Assembly: GCF_006345805.1 (NCBI RefSeq)
Contig: NC_042999.1
Coordinates: forward strand, 94,612,001 to 94,676,000
DNA length: 64,000 bases
Source: Octopus sinensis
Lineage: Eukaryota
Direction of reading: 5' to 3'
The notes under the pieces are model-generated. The model was not told the origin of the DNA, searched no databases, and saw only the letters and a program-made list of their open reading frames with translations. The first letter of the stretch is position 1, and every line of letters starts with the position of its first letter. Shown here piece after piece: positions 42,308 to 55,748 of this stretch. The position numbers and the translations under genes are program-made.

Positions 42308-42862
42308 TGCCCTGATGCAGTACCAGGCAGTGGCTCTCATGGCTTTTGATCTTAACTGATTGGAAGTGTTATCACGTACATTGTTTTGTCTTGGTATAAA
42401 AGATGGGCTACAGCAAATATTCTGCTCAATACCACAGATTTGCTTGTCAGTTGTTTGACCTTAACCAGTTGAGCATGTCCCTTAGTGGCTGACGATATGT
42501 GCATCTCTGATCACGAGCAGAAGTAGTGGGGGAGCATCATAGCCATGTGTTGAGAGGGATTCTTTGGTGTTTGAATAATTCACCTCTGAAAACATGGGTG
42601 GTTCTTTCAACATCCTTAAACAACCCTTATTCAGGGACCGTTTGAGCAGGATGGGCTACTCAACCTGAAGAAAATTCTAACTGGGCCCCACCTGCAAGGT
42701 CATGTGCTGTTTATCTTGATATGAGATCACCATATCGCGCACATATGGTTGTGATGCGTGTGCCTGGTGTACTCTTATCAGACGGGTAGTCATGATGGGT
42801 ATATTGGGCTTCGTATATTTTACCCCAGTGTCACTCTGATGGCATGAACTGCTCTCTCACTC
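42304..42862 (+). mobile_element. ~560 bp non-coding interspersed repeat flanked by (AAT)n on both sides
   Basis: A second copy lies at 28660-28980. (AAT)n at 42213-42303 and 42863-42879. Confidence 0.85.
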
Positions 42863-43466
42863 AATAATAATAATAATAACGTAATTGGACAAATAAGTAT
42901 AAGTCGATTAGTGTGTTTAAATGTGGAATAGAGCACCGGCACAATTTAGGCTACCTGTTGTCATCCGCAGTTGTGGTACATTTCCGTAGGCAGTTAGGGT
43001 GACTTAATAGGAGATAGATTTCATATTAACTTTATTAGATACATGTTTCAACCCATCATGTACCACGATAAAGATGTCTGGTTACAAATTTTGAGTGTCG
43101 GCTGAGTTGCTGTTGCTTTTAACTTCATGAGCATATAGCAACAACACAGCTGCCACTAAAATTCTGTGGTGAGTCATCCTTATCAATCTACCTGAAGAGA
43201 GCCAGACTGATGGGTCGAACCGTATGTTGTACCCAATAAAGGTCTAATACGAAATCCATCTCCTATTAATACATACAAGTGTGAGTGTGAGTGAGTGTGT
43301 GTACCTAAAATATCGATGGCTCTGTCAAAGTATTTTTAGTAAGAATTTACTATATATGCATGTGTTTCGGTGTGTGTGTATGAGTGTAAACGTATCAGTC
43401 TCTTTACAGCACGAACATCGTTAGTCATTATTCATAATAATGCGCAATCTTAACACGTTATGTATG

Positions 43467-43507
<41 letters not shown>

Positions 43508-43509
43508 AT

Positions 43510-43660
43510 ATATAGTTGAAATTTACAGAAAAAAAAACAAAAGATGAAGACAAGTCTATGAAGCAGGTGTATTAGTTTGACGCTCGGAAAAGTGTGAAAC
43601 TCATTTACGTTTCGAGCCTACGCCCTTCAACAGAAAGGAACATGAGAGAAAAAAAATAAT
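43510..43660. mobile_element. Solo Penelope-type pLTR remnant
   Basis: gaaatttacagaaaaaaaaacaaaagatgaagac..gtattagtttgacgctcgg..ttacgtttcgagcctacgcccttcaacagaaaggaac is homologous to 13409-13540. Confidence 0.75.
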
Positions 43661-43774
43661 AAAATGGGGGAGAGAATAAAAAAAAAACTTGTGGATTTAG
43701 AGAAATAGATAGATAGATAAATATATACATACATGCAAACACACGTACAAATATCAGAAATATATAACAGCTAT

Positions 43775-43840
<66 letters not shown>

Positions 43841-43919
43841 CCTACCTATATATATATGTATATTATATATATATATATTATATATATATATCTATATATA
43901 TATATATATATGCATACAT

Positions 43920-43978
<59 letters not shown>

Positions 43979-44483
43979 TACATACACATTCATGCATTAC
44001 TTTTCAGCAGGAAATTATCGATATGGGATATTCAAAATGCATATGTTATGTGGAATAGGAAAATTGCATATGCTGTAATTGTATATTTCTCCAGTCTTTT
44101 TTTAGATAATGAAATAAAGATTTCATTATGCAAGGCATATGAGAAACGCCAAAATTGTGCTTCTAATATAAACAGAAACAAATATATTTCTTTCAAATTA
44201 CTCACGTACACAGACGAACTTATTTATGTACACACACATATTTATATGTAAATACACACACACATATAAGTATGTATCAATGTGTAAACACATGCGTATA
44301 AATATGCATATGTATACATATAGATTGATAGACAGAGACAAAGACGGACATACTGACAGACTAACGGACGGATGTACGGACGGAAGGACGGATGGATGGA
44401 TGGATGGATGGATGGATGGATCGAGATAAGAAGGAAAGGTGAGTGCAGGAGGGAGGGATAGATATATAGATAGATAGATAGAT

Positions 44484-47478
44484 ATGTTTCTTTATTAGCC
44501 ACACAGGGCTGCACACAGATAGAACAAATTACAAGGTAGAGCTTTTCTTTTGAAGGTATTAAAAAAAAAAAAAAAAAAAAAAAAAAGGAAGGGGGAGGTT
44601 CGATCAAAAGGGATCGTAAAAGGAGAGAAAGAGGACAAAAATAAGGGGGGGGGTTAAAAAAAAAAAGGGGGGGGGGGGGGGAAAATGATCAATAGGGATC
44701 GTTATCACAGAAATGTCAATATGAAGTGTAAAGGGGAGGACAGGTGAGGTTTACCCGTGGAAAGAAAAGCCTGCGGAAAAGACCACGGTAACCTCGGTCA
44801 ATGAAGTCACATTTTATATTTCTTTTTTTTTTTTTTTTTTTTGCAAATAAGCAACTCTCTGTTTTCGATTTCTGGGTTCATAGGACTATGCTCAAGGTGG
44901 CTTCGTCATTCATACGTGCCATTCTTGCTACATTCACCCATCTTTTTTTAAAACATTCGCTAGACAAAACTTGCCTCTCTACTCTCACTTTCCTTTTCAA
45001 GTGGTACTTGAAGAAGTTGATGAGAGATTGACCAGAGAGGAAAGTGTTTGTCTCCAATCCTTTCAGACGCGTCCACCAGATACATTCTTTCGCCATAGCC
45101 ACAAGGATGATGAAAATAGCTCTCCCTTCCCGTTTGAAGGAAGGAGGCGTGACAATATTGACGATAGACTCAGCTGATAAACCGACTCGTCCCACACGTG
45201 ACAGCAGTTGTTCGACATAAGCCCACAGGTCGGAAATTGTTGGACACTGAACGAGTGCGTGCAGAACGGTTTCGTCGCTCTGACCGCATCTCGGGCAGGT
45301 CGGCCCCGTGTTTCTCGAGCCGTGTCTGTAGAGCTTATCCCGAACGGGTAGCGCTTCTCGGTAGCACTGCCAGGCCAGGGATCTCTGGAAGTTGTCCATG
45401 GGCCCTGGCCCGAAAGTCGTCCCGAACAGGCGGGTCAGGTACTCCTCGTCGACGTCCAGGTTCGCCCCGAGCTCGTCGTCGTACCTCCCCTCCACTAAAC
45501 CCCTATAGAATGCTTTGGTTGTGTTGAAGTCACTTAAGGTCGACCCAGGACGGCAGAGTTGCTTGAGAGCAACGCGACACTCGCGGTGCCATTCGCCCTC
45601 CTCGGCCTCTTTTTGATCCACGACTGCAGTTCGGTCATGGAGACGAGCTGCGGGAAAGCGTGCCTCACAAACGGCGACCACACCTGTTCACCGTCGTCTA
45701 CATAGAGCCAGAGATGTCGCAGTCTCAGCGCGTGTCTGCGCATCATCAACCACGGCATGCCCAGCCCTCCTTTTAACGGGTGTTGACAGCAAATGGATCG
45801 CCTGACCATCGGGACGCATCCTTTCCACAAGAAGCGAAAGAGGAATGCGTTGTAGTTTGGTGATGGTAGGGTCGGGACAAGGTACGACGGTCAGGCGGTA
45901 GTAGATGACGGACGCGATGTACGTGTTCGCCACCTCCGCTCGACCTTTTAGGGACAGTTTCCTCTCGGCCCATTGCCGGGCGAGAGTGACCACCCTACTC
46001 GTTATCTCGTTCCAGTTCTTCTCCATTGGAGGTCCGGACCAAACCAGACCCCGAGCAACTCAACCGGGCGTCGGTCCAGCGTCCCACGACGGAGGCGCTG
46101 GTGGACGGCATGGGCTTGCTTCTCCAGGTGCCTAGTCGCAAGCCCACTGACTTTTCCCGGTTGATTTTCGCTCCTGTCACCGCTTCGTAGTTTTTCAGTG
46201 TCTCGCCGACCAGCTCGATGTGCTCGTGGCTAGACACTATGACGGTGACGTCGTCCGCGTATGCAGACACGCTCGTCCCGCATCCCAATTCTCGCGGGAT
46301 GCCCCTTAGAGTCGCAGCTTCCGCAGTAGTGGCTCAAGAGTCAATACGTATAGAAGCGCCGAGAGGGGGCATCCCTGACGGACCGAACGTGCAATGTCGA
46401 AAGGTCTCGATAGATGTCCATTTACGCGAATTACCGAACGGATGCCTCTGTACAAGGCAGCTATCCAGCCGCGGAAGACGGGACCGAAACCAGCCGCTCT
46501 CAGGACTGCCTCCAAGTATCGATGGTCTACCCTATCAAAGGCTTTTGATTGATCCAAGTTGATCAGGCCCCACCCATGCCAGGTTCGTTAATAACCTGTC
46601 TATGATGTAGCGCATCAGATGGAGGTGTCATGGATGGTCCGGCCTGGCACGGCGCATGTTGCGCCTTGTCGACCAGTTTCTCGATGACAAGCGCCAACCT
46701 CTTGGCTAGCACCTTGGCCAAAATTTTCAAGTCTGCATTAAGCAGAGTGATGGGCCTAAAGTTATCTATTACATTTCCCTTGTTTAGATCTTTCTTCAGC
46801 AGTGTTACGGCTCCTCGGCTCACAAAACCAGGAATGCTCCCGTTTTGCTGCCAGTTGCAGTACACCGCCGCCAAGAGATCTCCAAACAAGTCTGGCATAC
46901 AATTGTAAAGCTCGTAGGGTAGACCATCCAAACCCGGTGATTTGTCCCTCGAGCATTCTGCCATCGCTTCCCGCACTCGCCCGCCGCCGTGATGGCACCT
47001 TCGCAGCACCCTGCCTTTCTTGTCGAGAGTCGTGGTAGGCTATGTAGGTAGGCACTGAAGTCCACCCTACGTTCTTGCCCTCCACTCGTTCCGAACAGTC
47101 GGGCAAAATGCTGCTGAAAGGCCTCACACATTTTACTTGGCTCGAGCAATTCGCGCCCCTGTTCATCTACCAGTGACCGAATGGTGGCTTTGTTGCCCTG
47201 TTGCGCCTCTGCCACCCGGGCCTCTCTCGCGGCTCCAACACCTTCGTTCCTTAGAGCACGCATCCTAGCTCTGACAGCACATCCTTCGTGTTTGGCGTTG
47301 AAGTGTTGGTCGAGGGCCAACCTCGCCGCCAAAACGTCGGATGCGATGCCGCTTCTAATTGCCTCTTCTAGCTTCTTAACTAGCTCACCCTCTACTCTAT
47401 TTCTATCTATGGCTAGTGCTTTGCTGTACCTAATCGCTTCTGCTTTTACTGCTCTCTTGAGGGCAAACCACCATTTGT
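44484..47478 (-). mobile_element. 5'-truncated L1/Tx1-type LINE: ORF2 (RT and C-terminal CCHC), frameshifted, plus 3' UTR
   Basis: FRPITLLNADLKILAKVLAKRL; DQSKAFDRVDH; RQGCPLSALLY; AYADDVTV; LSLKGRAEVAN; GGLGMP; CPRCGQSDETVLHALVQC. Stop at 44878. 3' end AATAAAGAAACA+(TATC)n. GC-rich relative to the flanks. Confidence 0.95.
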
Positions 47479-47558
<80 letters not shown>

Positions 47559-48078
47559 CAGACAGATAGTTAGACAGAGTATAGTATAGAGCAGACTTTA
47601 TTGAATCAACTAGAATTACTCCATTCAATGAATGTGAATTATCATTTAATAGGTATTTGAGTTATTCTCAAGCTTATTAAAGTTTTGTGTTCGTACAACA
47701 TACACTTTATTTATACGTCAGTATACTATATTCTCTGAATATGTATCTTCAAGTAGCTCATATATAACCTCTATATTTAGAAGATATGCATGAGCATTAT
47801 ACATGTGTGCATGAGTGATTGCATGTGTGTGAGTGATGGGTGTATGTATAGGTATATATGTATTCACTCTCATCTTCCTATACTTTTTATAACTAGATCT
47901 ATGCTGTTGGTTTTGTAAGAAGTCTATGTATTCAGTCAGGAATTGCTACTATCAACATCAGAGAAGGACGTTATTTTCTCCTAAAGTATGATTATGCGAA
48001 TGTACCACCTGATACATGAACCCCCACCACAGACACACGCACGCACACACACACACACACATACATACATACATACAT

Positions 48079-48116
<38 letters not shown>

Positions 48117-48204
48117 ATATTATATAAATATAAATATTAGGGATATATCCAAATTTCAGGAAAAAAATCAGATTTAGGATAATCCAATTTTATAGTAAAA
48201 TATT

Positions 48205-48304
48205 AAAAATATATATTTGAGACAAAACCACTATTTATTAAATTTTATGTATTGATTAAGTCTTTCCTTGTTTGTTTTGCAAAATAGTGGTTTTGTCTCA
48301 AATA

Positions 48305-48312
<8 letters not shown>
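48205..48312. repeat. Short palindrome inside a (TA)n-flanked insert
   Basis: tatttgagacaaaaccactattt pairs with aaatagtggttttgtctcaaata across a ~47 nt spacer. Confidence 0.85.
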
Positions 48313-48343
<31 letters not shown>

Positions 48344-48535
48344 GGTTATGTATGCATTGTGTATGTGTGTATGTATATAATGTATACATATATATAAGTA
48401 TATATACTTATATATATGCGTATGTATATGTGAGTATATATGAATATAATATATATATTTATATCTATATATGTTTGTGTGTGTATGCTTATATACATAT
48501 ATATGTATACCTATATATAAGTATATATCATAAAG

Positions 48536-48568
<33 letters not shown>

Positions 48569-49397
48569 ATATATATATATATATATGTATATATATGTAT
48601 GTATGTATCTACTAGTCATATCTATATACCTACATACATTCTTAGACAGTTTTGCTATTTTTCTCAGATGTATTTTTTTCATCTACGTGCGATTTTATCT
48701 GAATAGATCTGTTGTAATATTTTTCATCAACTGAAAGGAATGTTTTGAAAATTTTTAAAAAGAAATTTGCACCAATCGCTTTTGAATTAGATTACAAATA
48801 ATTTTTTTTAAAAAAGATATGCATAAATACTTTTATACAGTCATATATACATATATGTATGTGTGTGTGTGAAATACATATATACATCGTGTTTGTATTT
48901 CGTTGACATGATTCTTGTTTCTTCTTGTCTATATGTAAAGTCGTGTGTTAAAAGAGACTTTTGCAGCATCTAGGGATGGTCATTATTGCAATAAATATAT
49001 GCACTGGTTCTATTTTATCTTTCTAATTATCATTAGTCAACGAGTAAAGCATTTAATCAGTTAACTAGCAAATTGCTTAGTTGTATAGTGAATCATTATG
49101 CTAGGACTAACAAAGTCCACTCATCACTATTCACGACCAGAGCTCTCTTTCTACTTCTTGTTTCTAGGCCCCATAGTTTATAAATTCTTTTCTCACTCAC
49201 ATGCCCCTGAGCAGAAATTTAGAATCTGTAAATGAAGAGAAAGACCTGGATACGAGAATGCAGGCCCTTTTGAGGTCATGAATTGTGACGAATGGATCCT
49301 GCAGCACCTATTAGATTGATTGATAAAACAATCGATTACATAATATGTTAGTACATTAAATTATTATATATACACACACTCGCACACAAATACATCT

Positions 49398-49504
<107 letters not shown>

Positions 49505-50675
49505 TGCATGTATGCCTATTTGTGTGTTTAAGTGTATGCAGGACGACACGCTCTCACTTGTACCAGCCGATTACAATTATTTATAATATATTTGTTTCTA
49601 AGAATTTTCTCATTATATTGAAGTCTGTTTCATACCAATGAATTTACTCTTGTTTTAGGATAATTTTTTCTTTTGTTTTTGTTGTTTCTTTGCCTGCTAA
49701 CGCGTTTCTTTTTCTTTTTTTCCAAATGACCATCAATAAAGGATAAGGTAAATATTTCTTTCTGCATCTTACGCATGCCTTACTGCAATTTTCTGACCAA
49801 AACATGAAGATAATTGAAGAGCTGTAAAATAATGCATGTTGAGGTATTGAAAGCATTTCTTATCCAAGTAGTTAAATACAAACTTCCATATCAGTATGTT
49901 ATGTTAAATAACGTACAATTTCTATGTCGAAAGAAGGAAGGTATTGCATTAATAAAAGCAAATATGAACGGCAGCAGTTCAATGACAGCTTCTATCTGAA
50001 ATTGAACTTCAAACCGCTAATGATAATATATATTTTTGGAAAGGAGTATTCGTCAATTATGTTTCCCAATCAGCTTATTTTACTTTTTGTCTTTTGACCA
50101 TTTACTTCAGATATCAGATCGTAAAACATATCAGTCATCTTTCTCATGAAATATATTCTATACGTTTCGGTTTCTTCCGCAACAGATGATCAAACTGAAC
50201 TAGACATTTATGTTACAAATTGTTTTTAGTCATCTGATGCATCATTCCCATCTCACATCTGTTTTTTATTGACAAATGTTATCGTTCATTCTTTTGTTTA
50301 CATTTTACTTTCCTATACTACAATTTACTTCGTTTCGCCGAGTGTATATACCGCATTCTGTCTTTCTCGCCTGTTTCTCTCTTAATCTGTCTATGACTTA
50401 CATACTTTCTCTGTGTTGTATTATGTAATGTATATTTATCATTTTAATTTTTCACTGGTTTTAGTGATGTCACTACGCCTATGCTGTAGAAACATTTGCC
50501 TGGTTTCTGTAATCATATCAGTACTTATTTCACTCTAATATATACACACTGAGACTCAACAACCATAAGTGCACACAGGGAAATATATACATATGTGAAT
50601 ACAAACACATATATATCTATTTAACATTGTACATATGTATGAATGTATAGATGTATATATGCATATATCTATATC

Positions 50676-50710
<35 letters not shown>

Positions 50711-50966
50711 GTATATGCATATATGTATATATATATATATGTATATGCATATATGTATATATATATATATATACGTACATATATTTACATATATATGTGT
50801 GTATATATATATGTATGTATATATGTATGTATGTATATATATATAGACAATATATGTATACATATATGCGAATATATATGAATATATATATATATATATA
50901 TACGTACATATATTTACATATATATGTGTGTATATATATACATATAAACACTTATACTCTCACCTT

Positions 50967-51004
<38 letters not shown>

Positions 51005-51315
51005 ATATATATATATAATATTATATATATATATATATAATATATATTATATATATATATTTAGTTTGCGATGTCGTTAAGTTACGTTCAGCAAAAAAGT
51101 ATTCCAGATAGTGAGAGATAAATGCAATTTAATTTACTCACACCGTATGAAGATACAAGGTACCGACATATTTTTATCTTGGAGATACAAGGCGTGTTAT
51201 AAAAGGTTGCCTTGACTCGTGTCTGGAAAGCAAGAAACTATTAGTATCTAGTATCCTTATAATGTGTAAATTAAATGCCATGCACACGCACACATACATA
51301 CTCACACACACACAC

Positions 51316-51383
<68 letters not shown>

Positions 51384-53071
51384 CTGTACGCATATATGTA
51401 TGAATATCTATATATATATATCTGTGTGTGTTCTGTGTGTGTATGTGTGTGTGTGCTTGAAGTTTTAAGTGTCTATATCTGTACGTGTATATGTGTGTGT
51501 TGTCTGTTGTATGCGTGAGTGTTTGTTTCTAAATGAATTCCACATAGTTTCTGACAATAAAATTTAACTCCCTGGTTATTGGTGAAACCGAAACCACAGA
51601 AATAGCCATTTCCTCGATACACCGCGCAGTGTCATCGAACCTGTAGTTTACATTTTATCTAATCAGCATATAACTCATGCAACCATACTAGTACGAATTA
51701 ATAGTTGGAACTGCATTTATAATTATGCTTTTTTGCTGGTTGTGTGCTGGTGACGGAGTCTTTGCGAGTCCAAGGAAAAGTTCGCTAATGTCAGTTTACA
51801 ATCCAGACATTTTAAAACAATACATAGGTTGTCCATGAACGAGAAACTTCACAGACCCGGCAATGAATCAATAATCTGGTATATATAAGTGTGTGTGTGT
51901 GTGTGTGTATGTGTGTGTTTATGGGGCGTGTAAAATACATAATTGCTTCCTATATGCTGTCGGCCCTAATTCTGTAATGGATTGAGAAGGCTCGCTATCA
52001 AATTGATCACAGTACAACAGTAATTATTATTTTATCGTCAATGAAGTAATAAATCTAAAGAAGAAAAAAGTCATTTTGTGGATTTCAAATGCTGAATGTT
52101 GCGTGACAAGTGAAAATGATTTAAGCAATATCGTTCGGCGGCGATTTACCGTTTCTGTCAAGTCATAGAAATGTTTATGTACGACATATAAGAAAATAAA
52201 ACTCGGTGAGAATATGTCTCTTCTCCTCAACTAAAGTGATATTGATCTGTTATTTAGGCTCCAAATATCTATATATATTTCTCGAGTTCGTTGAAGTTTC
52301 TGTTCTTATTTATGTGCATATATAATAAAAGGAATTTATCTAGAATAAAATACTTTAAACAGTTTTCTCAACAGTTACCAAATATTCTTGTTGATGTTTG
52401 TTCTTCTTAATACTGTTTTGAATTGAACATTGAATTTTTAACTGCATTTTCATTGTCAGTATATTTTTCCTTAATACTAAATCAGTACATTTCCTAGAAT
52501 CTCGGACAGGAGAACTTGTAGTAGTCGTTCCGGAGCTTTATGCTTTGAGTTCAAATCCAATTGAAATAACGTTGAAATTTGCAGTTAATGCTATTAGTTC
52601 GATAAAAGGCGGCCGGGTTACCTGTCTAGCCGCTCCAACAAATTTCTCACGTATGTCTGTTAGAGTCTATTATTCTTATTTTACCCCAAATAATTTAGGA
52701 CGGCCTTATATTACAAGAGGACAATTGTCTGATAGTATGAGAAATTTTACGTGAATATATATAACAGTTTGCATAATATGTAGACAGAACACGTTTAGCA
52801 CATTATCATATTTCCTCCTAACTGATTCTCGATGCATGATATCATTGTGGGATTGGTTTGACACTTTCTTCTGTTTCATATGCGTCAGGCGCAATCAAAA
52901 CTTGATTTTCACATTTCTATTATGTATAGCATAGTGTGGCTTGCCATAGACGATAAAGGTAAAATACTCTATGAGTAATTTATGTGTGTGTCAACATGGG
53001 TGCTAAGCTCTATGAATACCTGCGGAAACAGCCACCTACCTTTGCTCGAAATTAAGATGTGGCCGTTACAC

Positions 53072-53122
<51 letters not shown>

Positions 53123-53160
53123 CTTTATCTATATGTTATCTATCTAATTATCTATCTATC

Positions 53161-54100
53161 TCAACTTAAAAACAAAGCTATATGAAACGGCCACTCAAGA
53201 AAAAGTAGAAAATGTTTAAGGCCCATATGAGCCTTTAAATACTACATCACGAGCGGAAACGGATTTGCTACGATCGAAGTTAGATTCGACAGTGAAAAGA
53301 GAGCCAATGACCACTCCACAAAGTCCTTTGAATGTGAAAATTTAGTGATAATCCCTACATACCTTGGTCGTAGGGTCACAAAAATAAAAATAGAAAATGA
53401 GCCCCCTGAGATAGAAATAAAATGGTTTGTGTCTGTCATTTGTTACGATATCAAGGACGAAATCCATATCTTGAATATCGCTGTCCTGGACCAATAAAAT
53501 TAGATTTGTCAAGTTGAAATCCTTGATCAAATTGATCCGATGAATTTCGAAAAAATTCCACATCAAATCAAACTGCCAGACAATTCGAGTTTGCATGTGG
53601 CCGTCGAAGGCAGAGTCACGTTGCTACGTTTGTGGTAGCAAAGCACGCCTGAAAATCTATTACCCACTAGTACAGAAACAACAACAACGACAACAATAAA
53701 ATCACGAACAACAACCACAAGAAAACCAAGAAAAACGAGCAAATCCAGCACTGCTACCCACACCGCCATATACACAACTAATTAGACAGCTCTACAAAAA
53801 AAATGAAGGAACATCAGCAACCAACAAGCCAGCCCAACCAAACAACACCACCACAAGCGCTACCAAGAACAGAAACAACACTATCACCACCAACAGTACA
53901 ATTCCAATAAACCTAATCTTTCTTTTTACATTTTTAATATCTTCTGTGACACACGATCCCTTTTGATCGTTTTTATTTTTTTCACAATCCCTTTTGATCG
54001 GAATTTTATTTTTCTTCTTTTTTTCTATTTTCAAAAAGAAAAACTCTACATTGTATTTTGTCGCTTCTGTGTTTGGCCCTGTGTGGCAAATAAAGAAACT
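53161..54100 (+). mobile_element. Non-autonomous ORF1-only ('half') L1/Tx1-type element
   Basis: Decayed frame GFATIEVRFDSEKRA..IPTYLGRRVTKIKIEN..KIPHQIKLPDNSSLHVAVEGR/RCYVCGSKARLKIYYP (degenerate C-x2-C-x4-H-x4-C). The 3' ~190 bp is homologous to the 3' UTR of 44484-44760. (CTAT)n lies on both sides. Confidence 0.75.
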
Positions 54101-54149
54101 TATCTATCATCCATCCATCCATCCATCCATCCATCTCTCCCTCCCTCCC

Positions 54150-54198
<49 letters not shown>

Positions 54199-54234
54199 AA
54201 ATATGTATGTATATACATGTATGACTGCATGTAC

Positions 54235-54338
<104 letters not shown>

Positions 54339-54449
54339 GAGAGAGAGATAGATAGATATACATGCATATATACATACATATATATATATATATATAGATA
54401 TATATATATATAGATATATATATATATAGATATATATATATATAGATAT

Positions 54450-54483
<34 letters not shown>

Positions 54484-54519
54484 ATGTCTAATGTTTAATG
54501 TCGACCTATTTAGCAAGTG

Positions 54520-54960
54520 TAAAATTGCTGGAATCGAAAGCTTCCTTAGGTATGCGGTCGCAGTTGCGCTGGCCTGAGGTCATGTCGTCAGAATAAGAGA
54601 CGAAAGAATACCTAAAGTCCTCATGTATAGCCAACTTGATAGTGGGCAGAAGAATGTTGGTCGATCAACGCTCACATATAAGGACATGCTGAAGAGTAAC
54701 CTTTCAACAATCAATATAACTCACAACAGCTTTGAGCAAGCTTTCTTGGAGGCAACAGAAGGAAATTGTCGTGTCAAAATTGTATGACTTTATTTCAAAT
54801 TTAACAGGCTGAGGTGTGCAACGCAAAGGAGAGATATAACGCTTGCACTGGCTACTAGTCCGCATACTTACACAATCTGCGGCTTTTTTACAAATCCCTG
54901 GCGGGACTCAAATATCACATTTAACAAAAGCATCATAGCAGACAAAGAGTCGGTTATCGT
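54520..54960 (+). mobile_element. 3' fragment of an RTE-clade LINE
   Basis: [47 protein letters not shown]. Confidence 0.85.
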
Positions 54961-55035
54961 ATCCTCATACCTCGAAGCCCCGTTGAGTGTTCATCATATC
55001 TATCTATCTAACTATCTAAATGTATATAATATATA

Positions 55036-55074
<39 letters not shown>

Positions 55075-55150
55075 TATATATATTATGTTATTTTATATCA
55101 TATCATATCATATTATATTATTATTATGTATATGTATATATATGTATATA

Positions 55151-55649
55151 CGAGAAAGTACCCAAAAGAAACCAGAATTTTGCAATATTATTTTATTTAC
55201 TTAGTTTTACGTGTTTAAAATTTTACCGCCTTCAGAATATTCTCCTTTTGAAGTAATGCATTGGTCCATAAGCAATTTCCATTGTTCGAAACAGCCTTAG
55301 AACTCATGCGATATGATGCCGTTTAATGCCTTCCTCTATTTTTTCTTTACCTCTTCCACGTCTGCAAAACGTTTTCCTTTAAGGTATTTTTTCATTTGGT
55401 GGAACAAAACAGAAAAAATTTGCAAGGATCAAAATCGGGTAAATAGGGAGGTAGAATAAGCATCTTCGTCTCACCGCGCGTCGCAAATGCTTCAGAATTA
55501 CCAAGTAAAATGTCTGGTTAACAGTTTGACCACGAGGAACAAATTCTGTGTGGACATCTTTTGCATTGATGAAACAAATTAACATCGTCTTAACATTGGA
55601 CTTTACATGACGTGCACCTTTAGGGAGTGGTGAACTCGAGTGCTTTTCA

Positions 55650-55650
<1 letters not shown>
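55151..55650 (-). mobile_element. Mariner transposase fragment with internal deletion and one terminus
   Basis: KTMLICFINAKDVHTEFVPRGQTVNQTFY..LRRAVRRR joined to a YSPDLAP-like remnant, then LKGKRFADVEEVK..CFEQWK..KCI..GEYF. Terminus TA|CGAG at 55149-55154. Confidence 0.85.

Positions 55651-55748
<98 letters not shown>

Noticed and set aside
51140-51240. Possible mariner-like terminal repeat (tacaaggcgtgttataaaagg)
   Set aside because: No partner terminus or transposase sequence was found nearby.
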